64,000 nt of DNA from Escherichia coli (GTDB lineage: Bacteria; Pseudomonadota; Gammaproteobacteria; Enterobacterales; Enterobacteriaceae). The notes under the pieces are model-generated. The model did no database searches and was not told the DNA's origin. It worked only from the letters and a program-made list of their open reading frames with translations. The stretch lies in NCBI RefSeq assembly GCF_002854065.1, contig NZ_CP024147.1; one strand, written 5' to 3'. The first letter of the stretch is position 1. Every line of letters starts with the position of its first letter. The translations under genes were made by a program, and so were the position numbers. Positions 47,403-54,516 of this stretch are shown in pieces.

Positions 47403-48778
47403 TGAGTAAGATTATTCTACCTGAAGGGTGGTCCAATTGTACTCTTGCAGATATTGCTGAAGTTAACCCTAAAAAAATAGAGGCTGAACCTGACATAATT
47501 GCAGGCTTTGTTCCTATGTCTCATGCCCCAACAAACTATTACGGGAAATTAGAGTTTGAAGAAAAGACTTGGGGTGAAATTGGTAAATCTTACACTAACT
47601 TTAAAAATGATGATGTGATTTTTGCAAAAGTAACGCCTTGTTTTGAAAATGGTAAAGCAGCAATTGTAAAAGATATGCCAAATAATATCGGTGCAGGCAG
47701 CTCTGAATTTTATGTTCTACGCGCTCGTAATCAAGAGATACCAGCCAGTTATTTACTTGGGATTATTAAGACCAGAAAATTTATGCAGGAAGGTGCAGAA
47801 AATATGACAGGTGCTGTTGGTCTGCGCCGTGTTCCAAGGGCTTTCGTTGAAAGCTTTCCTTTGATACTTCCCCCTCTTGCAGAACATAAAATCATCGCCG
47901 ATAAACTCGATATTCTGTTAGCACAGGTCGAAAGCGCCAAAGCACGCCTTGAGCAAATACCACAAATCCTGAAGCGTTTTCGTCAAGCGGTGTTGGCATC
48001 TGCGGTGAGTGGAAAATTAATACCAAAGGATCAAAAGTCCAATGTACGATTTGATGTCTCAGTTGGTTCACTTTGTATAACTTCGTTTGATGGCCCTTTT
48101 GGGTCAAAATTAAAAACGGCTGATTATACAAATGCGGGTGTTCGTGTCGCTCGACTAGAAAATATTGGTCATTTAACATTTAATGATGAAAAAGAAACGT
48201 ATATCAGCGATACAAAATTTAATAGCCTAAAAGGAAATAAGCTCGAAAAGGATGATGTGTTATTCTCATCATTTGTAGATGAAGATGTTCGTGTATGTCT
48301 TTTTCCACATAACGATAAAATTTTTATAAACAAGGCAGATTGTTTTTGTTTAAGGATCAATCAAGAAATAGCATCACCAAAATATGTAGCTTTAACATTA
48401 GCAAGCAGAACTTCGTATGAACAAATTAAAGCACAGGTTCAAGGTGTAACACGACCTCGTATTAATTTAAAGACGTTAAGGTCTTTGTCGTTTACGTTTC
48501 CTTCTCTACAAGAACAAAACGAAATTGTTCGCCGCGTAGAACAACTCTTCGCCTATGCTGATGGCATCGAAAAGCAGGTACACAACGCCCTTGAGTGCGT
48601 CAACAACCTCACACAGTCGATTCTGGCTAAAGCATTTCGTGGGGAACTCACGGCGCAATGGCGTGCAGAAAATCCCGATTTAATTAGTGGTGAAAATAGC
48701 GCACAAGCATTACTGGTGAAAATTCAACAGCAGCGCAAAAACATAAAAAATATCAAACGCAACAAGGGTAATAATTGA
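47402..48778 (+). CDS. hsdS: Type I restriction-modification specificity subunit
   Basis: 458-aa ORF, start overlaps the hsdM stop (TGATG); two target-recognition-domain halves separated by conserved helical spacers. Confidence 0.85.
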   Translation: MSKIILPEGWSNCTLADIAEVNPKKIEAEPDIIAGFVPMSHAPTNYYGKLEFEEKTWGEIGKSYTNFKNDDVIFAKVTPCFENGKAAIVKDMPNNIGAGSSEFYVLRARNQEIPASYLLGIIKTRKFMQEGAENMTGAVGLRRVPRAFVESFPLILPPLAEHKIIADKLDILLAQVESAKARLEQIPQILKRFRQAVLASAVSGKLIPKDQKSNVRFDVSVGSLCITSFDGPFGSKLKTADYTNAGVRVARLENIGHLTFNDEKETYISDTKFNSLKGNKLEKDDVLFSSFVDEDVRVCLFPHNDKIFINKADCFCLRINQEIASPKYVALTLASRTSYEQIKAQVQGVTRPRINLKTLRSLSFTFPSLQEQNEIVRRVEQLFAYADGIEKQVHNALECVNNLTQSILAKAFRGELTAQWRAENPDLISGENSAQALLVKIQQQRKNIKNIKRNKGNN

Positions 48779-50481
48779 TGCGACTGATTTCTTTAGATTT
48801 GAGAGGCAGCTACAAAGGCTTGAAAGATCAATTCTTTGACTTCAGTTATGCCCAAGATAATATAATTGCATTGATTGGCCTTAATGGTTCTGGTAAATCT
48901 CAATTGCTTGAGTTAATCGGAGAAACTTTTGCTTATCTAGAGCGATGGCAACGTGCAGAGTTCAAAAATAAAACATCGTTAGGTTTTAGCGTCGCGGTAC
49001 ACTATCAATGGGATCTTAGAAATGATAGTGCTGTTATATCTTACCCAGACGAGCTCATGAATCATGGTGAGAGCATTGAGCTAAAGGTAACTATTGAGCT
49101 TGACGGCGATGTGTTTTTAAATGTTCGTGGTACTTATGAGTGGCATGTAATACAGCTTGGTGAGCGCCATTTCCCCATCCCTCTCGTGGTTGGTTATGCT
49201 TCGGGGCTAAACGAAAATTTACAGCGAAGTTTTATGAAAAATGCTGTGCAATATTTTGAAGTCCGTCGAATTAGTAGCCAGCGTCTAAAAATGCTATCAC
49301 GAGAAATTAATGATGAACAGTTGGCTGAAATCAATAAGAAGTATCTTAAAAAATACCCACACATATTTGATCCTTTATCAGAAGGTGATTTTTTTCCAAA
49401 TTATCACCTGAATTTGAGAGAAGTGAATCCTGCCCCTAGCAATTTTAACTATCTTGATTACGATAATATTGGGCTCTTAATTTTATCGCTATCGATTCTT
49501 CCGGCTGGGACAGTATTTCAACTATTAGATGAAATAACATATAAACATCCTGTCAAAGCTGTACTTCATTACGACTTTCGTTCTGGCATCATAGAAGATG
49601 ATGCCATTCGTGATGTGAAAATGTTGATCCGTATAGCAGGCTCCGATCAAGTAAGGCCAACAGGAGGCCGAACTACAGATAACCAGTATGAACTTTATGA
49701 GTTAGAATATCTGTCTGGAGAAATCACTCTCGAATTAAGTGATGAGGCTGTTTTAAACCGACTTCGTGAAGATAACTACTTTGATTCTTTCGCATTATTT
49801 AAAAGACTTAATAATATTCAACAGCTTGGCATAAAGAACTGGGATCGTACATCTCGTTTGAAATTGATGAAAGATGATTTTATAGGTACGGTAAAAAAAC
49901 CGCTTCAGTCAAGGTTACCTTTATCTGTTGTTGAGTTATTAATGGCTAATGAACAGGGCGATACCGTGAAGTTTGATGATTTATCTGACGGTGAAGCTCA
50001 ATTGATTCAGGTTGTTGCCGCAACAAGGATATTCAGTCAGGTTCAAGCGCTATTTCTTTTTGATGAGCCAGAAACACACCTTAATCCGTCTTGGCGTACC
50101 TATTTTCATCAGCGTTTAACTGAAGCATTTACACCTGGAAATGAGAGGAAAGGTCAATCGCAATTCTTTCTATCTACTCACTCACCATTCATGATTTCCT
50201 CGCTCAAACGCGAGAATGTATTTTTCTTCGAGCGTAGTGATATGGGTTGTATCAGTATGGAACCGGTGTCCAGCCAGACTTATGGCACATCATTTGATGT
50301 CTTGGTTAAGAACCACTACGGTCTGCGTTCCCTTATTTCACAGACAGTGGTGAAGGATGTTAAAAATCGATTACCAGAAGATAATAATCCTGAAGCAGTT
50401 ATAGCTGCGCGACTCTGGATTGAGGAAAATCTGGGAGAATCAATGGAAAAGGCTTATCTGCTAAGGAAACTAGATAGCTAA
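48778..50481 (+). CDS. ABC/SMC-like P-loop ATPase (AAA_15/AAA_21-like), candidate defence ATPase (Septu PtuA-like)
   Basis: Walker A GLNGSGKS near the N-terminus; signature-like LSDGEAQL, Walker B LFLFDEPETHLNP and H-loop STHSP near the C-terminus; start overlaps the hsdS stop. Confidence 0.7.
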   Translation: MRLISLDLRGSYKGLKDQFFDFSYAQDNIIALIGLNGSGKSQLLELIGETFAYLERWQRAEFKNKTSLGFSVAVHYQWDLRNDSAVISYPDELMNHGESIELKVTIELDGDVFLNVRGTYEWHVIQLGERHFPIPLVVGYASGLNENLQRSFMKNAVQYFEVRRISSQRLKMLSREINDEQLAEINKKYLKKYPHIFDPLSEGDFFPNYHLNLREVNPAPSNFNYLDYDNIGLLILSLSILPAGTVFQLLDEITYKHPVKAVLHYDFRSGIIEDDAIRDVKMLIRIAGSDQVRPTGGRTTDNQYELYELEYLSGEITLELSDEAVLNRLREDNYFDSFALFKRLNNIQQLGIKNWDRTSRLKLMKDDFIGTVKKPLQSRLPLSVVELLMANEQGDTVKFDDLSDGEAQLIQVVAATRIFSQVQALFLFDEPETHLNPSWRTYFHQRLTEAFTPGNERKGQSQFFLSTHSPFMISSLKRENVFFFERSDMGCISMEPVSSQTYGTSFDVLVKNHYGLRSLISQTVVKDVKNRLPEDNNPEAVIAARLWIEENLGESMEKAYLLRKLDS

Positions 50482-51647
50482 TGTTATTTTCACTTAATCC
50501 ACAGACGCCTCAATGTTCGGTATTTGCATTTCTTAATGCTGAATTTCTTCATTTTTTGCAAGCTACTATTAATGCTGATGTATTCTCAGAAAACTTATTC
50601 CGCACTTTTCCTGAGATGATTGAAGATACAGAAGTACTTGTCCCTAGTGTATGTTGGAGTAATGAGCCCACAAGAGAGAAATTTCTTGGGTTATGGGAAG
50701 CGCGGCCTACGACCGTTGCGCAGCGACGGGAGTTGTCAGACCAAATAAGTCAGGCTCAGGATATTAATGTATTTTTCAACAATACCCAAGCTGTATTGCC
50801 GCAATTAGTACCAGCCTCTTTATTCGAAGCATGTAAGGCGTTAACAACTCATTTGTTTACACGTACCAAAGATCTAGCTCAAGCAAAGTCACAATCCAAT
50901 AGTTCTATTGAAAAACATTATCAGAATTTCGTCAGAGAAAATAATAATAGCCATCTATGTCCTATTTGTGGCACTGCACTTCTCTCTCAAAATCGAGAAA
51001 GCGTAGCAGAGGAAGAACAATGGCGATCAGATTATGACCACATTCTTTGCAAAGATAAATATCCAGTTTACAGTGTCCATCCAGGAAACTTCATTCCGAC
51101 TTGCCATATTTGTAATAGTAAAGCTAAAGGGGCAAGGGACTTACTGAATACTGTTGGTCTCCAGAGACGATTAGCATTTTATCCACTTCCCCCATCACAA
51201 GAGTCATGTGAGCAATTTGTTGTGGTATCGCTTCACCTCAGTGACCGTAGAGATTTAATTGTGAATAGTTGGGAAACACCGTTGGAGTCAGCATCCATTT
51301 TATTCCCCAGAGCTCCAGCTGACATAGTAGATAAAATAGGTGTATGGAAAGAAGTTTATAAAGTACCAGAAAGAGTTGAACAGCATCTTAAGGTCAACTT
51401 TTGCGAGCGTATAGCCGCTGATCTACGACCAGTAAGCTTTGATGATTTCTGTGAGCAATTACATAGATATTCGAGACAAATGCCAGCAGACTATAGAAAA
51501 TCGGAATGGAGGTTTTGGTGGCAGAAAGTCTATGAATTCTTATCAGATCAAAATAGAGACTATTTACACGATGTGTGGATATTAATTGCCTGGAAATTAA
51601 GGTTATCAAATGATGCTGATATGGCTGATACGTTTAATCAAATTTAA
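50481..51647 (+). CDS. HNH-endonuclease-domain protein, partner of the upstream ATPase (Septu PtuB-like)
   Basis: Central motif CPICG...DYDHILCKDKYP...NFIPTCHICNSKAKG (CxxC...DH...N...CxxCN); start overlaps the ATPase stop (TAATG). Confidence 0.65.
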   Translation: MLFSLNPQTPQCSVFAFLNAEFLHFLQATINADVFSENLFRTFPEMIEDTEVLVPSVCWSNEPTREKFLGLWEARPTTVAQRRELSDQISQAQDINVFFNNTQAVLPQLVPASLFEACKALTTHLFTRTKDLAQAKSQSNSSIEKHYQNFVRENNNSHLCPICGTALLSQNRESVAEEEQWRSDYDHILCKDKYPVYSVHPGNFIPTCHICNSKAKGARDLLNTVGLQRRLAFYPLPPSQESCEQFVVVSLHLSDRRDLIVNSWETPLESASILFPRAPADIVDKIGVWKEVYKVPERVEQHLKVNFCERIAADLRPVSFDDFCEQLHRYSRQMPADYRKSEWRFWWQKVYEFLSDQNRDYLHDVWILIAWKLRLSNDADMADTFNQI

Positions 51648-51661
51648 ATTTTACTTCAACA

Positions 51662-51691
51662 GGGTGAGAGTATTGTTACTCTCCCTTTTTA
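51662..51691. terminator. Hairpin plus T-run between convergent HNH gene and nuclease-motif gene
   Basis: GGGTGAGAGTAttgtTACTCTCCC followed by TTTTT; overlaps the last codons of the minus-strand gene. Confidence 0.5.
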
Positions 51692-52848
51692 AAATACATT
51701 GTAGAAGGTGCGCTTATTACTACGCAACCATCAATGCCTTTTATCTTCAATACCCCTTCCTTGAATTTAACATGTTCTTGTGTTGCTCGAGTGCAGTCCC
51801 ACAGGAAGCTGATGATATACGAATCCTTATATTTTTCGTCGACACGATAAAGTGACGCATCTTCTGCAATTTCTCCTATTAGTGCAGGAAACGATTTTTT
51901 TGTATCTTTTCGGTATTTTACTTCAATAATTGTGTGCAGTGATGGCAGATAAAGGTCTATGCGGGGGTTTTTTTGTCCGACAGGCTGAAGATTCACCTCA
52001 TCTGCAATATCGTTGAATATTGGCGCAAGTAGGATATAAAGCAGATTCTGAACATGATATTCATTTTCAACTTGCCACTTTACGGGCTCTGCGCCTCTGG
52101 TTCGACCTGAGTCCTCCCATGTCCATCGTTTTAACCCTGCAGGGATATGTTCCAGAAATCCTAGCAGGTCATCCAGTGTCCATCCAGACGGTGGAGCAAT
52201 GGCAATTTCCTGATTAATTTGATTAAAAACGTAAAGCATTACACACAAGAGAGTAACTGAAGGATTTTCTGTAGCTTGTGCTTGAAATTCGCTCATGAAA
52301 CGTCCGACAAGAGAAAGTCGGTTCTGATGACTATTGATCTTCAATAACTTTCGATAATGAAGGAAGAGTGGTATGCAGGCACTACTAAAGGAGGCTGATT
52401 CGCTGTTACCGACATATGCCGCGATATCTTTCTCGAAGATACTTAGATGGTTGCTTTCAATTTGCTGAGCCAGAAACCCTGAAATCCACTTTTCGAACTC
52501 GTGATTTATGCTCTCATCTTGCATCTGTGCCGTTAGCCATTTCACTGCCATTACACCGAACATATCCGATACCCAAGGTCTCGGTGTTGAATCAATCTTG
52601 GGAGCTTGTCCGAGCAGGCGAGAGACATCCTGGACCGAGACAGTTTCATCTAGAATACCTAAACCTGAAATTGCACAGCGTTGGTATAAAGATAGGTCCG
52701 CAAAGCTAAAATTCGTAATGCAGCTTTTATCTCCTTCCAGGAGACTAAAAAAGCAGGACTTAAATGGATCAATGTGAGCGGATTCGATCACCTTACTGTG
52801 AAAATAGTCGCGTAGCTGATAAACGTTTTCTTTCTCTATAGGAACCAT
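51676..52848 (-). CDS. Predicted PD-(D/E)xK-motif nuclease, candidate effector partner of the upstream Argonaute
   Basis: 390-aa ORF; C-terminal motif ...RIDLYLPSLHTIIEVKY (D-x(n)-E-x-K) preceded by a helix with conserved Glu; start overlaps the pAgo stop by 13 nt. Confidence 0.55.
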   Translation of the reverse strand: MVPIEKENVYQLRDYFHSKVIESAHIDPFKSCFFSLLEGDKSCITNFSFADLSLYQRCAISGLGILDETVSVQDVSRLLGQAPKIDSTPRPWVSDMFGVMAVKWLTAQMQDESINHEFEKWISGFLAQQIESNHLSIFEKDIAAYVGNSESASFSSACIPLFLHYRKLLKINSHQNRLSLVGRFMSEFQAQATENPSVTLLCVMLYVFNQINQEIAIAPPSGWTLDDLLGFLEHIPAGLKRWTWEDSGRTRGAEPVKWQVENEYHVQNLLYILLAPIFNDIADEVNLQPVGQKNPRIDLYLPSLHTIIEVKYRKDTKKSFPALIGEIAEDASLYRVDEKYKDSYIISFLWDCTRATQEHVKFKEGVLKIKGIDGCVVISAPSTMYFKKGE

Positions 52849-53175
52849 TGTGAATGCCCTATTTTTCCAATCATGACTGAGTCACTCCAGCCCGGAAGCT
52901 GATTCAACCATCCTAAATTATGGGCGATAAGATCGGAATAAGTGATGGTAACTGGCATGGGATTGGGGAAGTAACTACGCCAGGAGTGTGATGCGAAACT
53001 GTAGAGCTGAGCACTCAAATACTTAATATCTTTGAAGGTCGAGTCTTTATGAACGTTGACGATCACACCACGTGGATGACCGTCCGTTTCTTGTCGTAAT
53101 TCACGTTGGCCGATCAGGTAAACAAGCATTTCGTTTTTAGAAAGCTTAAACGTATTTCCGCGATGTGTCGCCAGG

Positions 53176-53180
53176 CGTCC
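53176..53180. repeat. IS2 target-site duplication, left copy (CGTCC)
   Basis: Identical 5 bp directly flanking both IS2 ends. Confidence 0.85.
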
Positions 53181-53271
53181 TAGACTGGCCCCCTGAATCT
53201 CCAGACAACCAATATCACTTAAATAAGTGATAGTCTTAATACTAGTTTTTAGACTAGTCATTGGAGAACAG

Positions 53272-53637
53272 ATGATTGATGTCTTAGGGCCGGAGAAACG
53301 CAGACGGCGTACCACACAGGAAAAGATCGCAATTGTTCAGCAGAGCTTTGAACCGGGGATGACGGTCTCCCTCGTTGCCCGGCAACATGGTGTAGCAGCC
53401 AGCCAGTTATTTCTCTGGCGTAAGCAATACCAGGAAGGAAGTCTTACTGCTGTCGCCGCCGGAGAACAGGTTGTTCCTGCCTCTGAACTTGCTGCCGCCA
53501 TGAAGCAGATTAAAGAACTCCAGCGCCTGCTCGGCAAGAAAACGATGGAAAATGAACTCCTCAAAGAAGCCGTTGAATATGGACGGGCAAAAAAGTGGAT
53601 AGCGCACGCGCCCTTATTGCCCGGGGATGGGGAGTAA
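53272..53637 (+). CDS. insC: IS2 OrfA (InsC, HTH protein)
   Basis: 121-aa sequence [26 protein letters not shown]... recognised as IS2 InsC. Confidence 0.9.
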
Positions 53638-54500
53638 GCTTAGTCAGCCGTTGTCTCCGGGTGTCGCGTGCGCAGTTGCACGTCATTCTCAGACGAACCG
53701 ATGACTGGATGGATGGCCGCCGCAGTCGTCACACTGATGATACGGATGTGCTTCTCCGTATACACCATGTTATCGGAGAGCTGCCCACGTATGGTTATCG
53801 TCGGGTATGGGCGCTGCTTCGCAGACAGGCAGAACTTGATGGTATGCCTGCGATCAATGCCAAACGTGTTTACCGGATCATGCGCCAGAATGCGCTGTTG
53901 CTTGAGCGAAAACCTGCTGTACCGCCATCGAAACGGGCACATACAGGCAGAGTGGCCGTGAAAGAAAGCAATCAGCGATGGTGCTCTGACGGGTTCGAGT
54001 TCTGCTGTGATAACGGAGAGAGACTGCGTGTCACGTTCGCGCTGGACTGCTGTGATCGTGAGGCACTGCACTGGGCGGTCACTACCGGCGGCTTCAACAG
54101 TGAAACAGTACAGGACGTCATGCTGGGAGCGGTGGAACGCCGCTTCGGCAACGATCTTCCGTCGTCTCCAGTGGAGTGGCTGACGGATAATGGTTCATGC
54201 TACCGGGCTAATGAAACACGCCAGTTCGCCCGGATGTTGGGACTTGAACCGAAGAACACGGCGGTGCGGAGTCCGGAGAGTAACGGAATAGCAGAGAGCT
54301 TCGTGAAAACGATAAAGCGTGACTACATCAGTATCATGCCCAAACCAGACGGGTTAACGGCAGCAAAGAACCTTGCAGAGGCGTTCGAGCATTATAACGA
54401 ATGGCATCCGCATAGTGCGCTGGGTTATCGCTCGCCACGGGAATATCTGCGGCAGCGGGCTTGTAATGGGTTAAGTGATAACAGATGTCTGGAAATATAG
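53595..54500 (+). CDS. insD: IS2 OrfB (InsD, DDE transposase; expressed as an OrfAB fusion by -1 frameshift)
   Basis: 301-aa ORF overlapping insC in the -1 frame; DDE integrase-core-like sequence. Confidence 0.9.
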
Positions 54501-54511
54501 GGGCAAATCCA

Positions 54512-54516
54512 CGTCC
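54512..54516. repeat. IS2 target-site duplication, right copy (CGTCC)
   Basis: Identical 5 bp directly flanking both IS2 ends. Confidence 0.85.

Larger units (their letters stand above)
53181..54511 (+). mobile_element. IS2 (IS3 family), complete 1331-bp copy
   Basis: Starts TAGACTGGCCCCCTGAATCTCCAGACAACC, ends ...CTGGAAATATAGGGGCAAATCCA; contains the overlapping insC/insD ORFs. Confidence 0.92.

Noticed and set aside
47402-50481. PrrC-like anticodon nuclease embedded in the type I R-M locus
   Set aside because: PrrC is a single protein inserted between hsdM and hsdS; here two genes (ATPase plus HNH) follow hsdS, and no HEPN-like Rx4-6H motif was evident.
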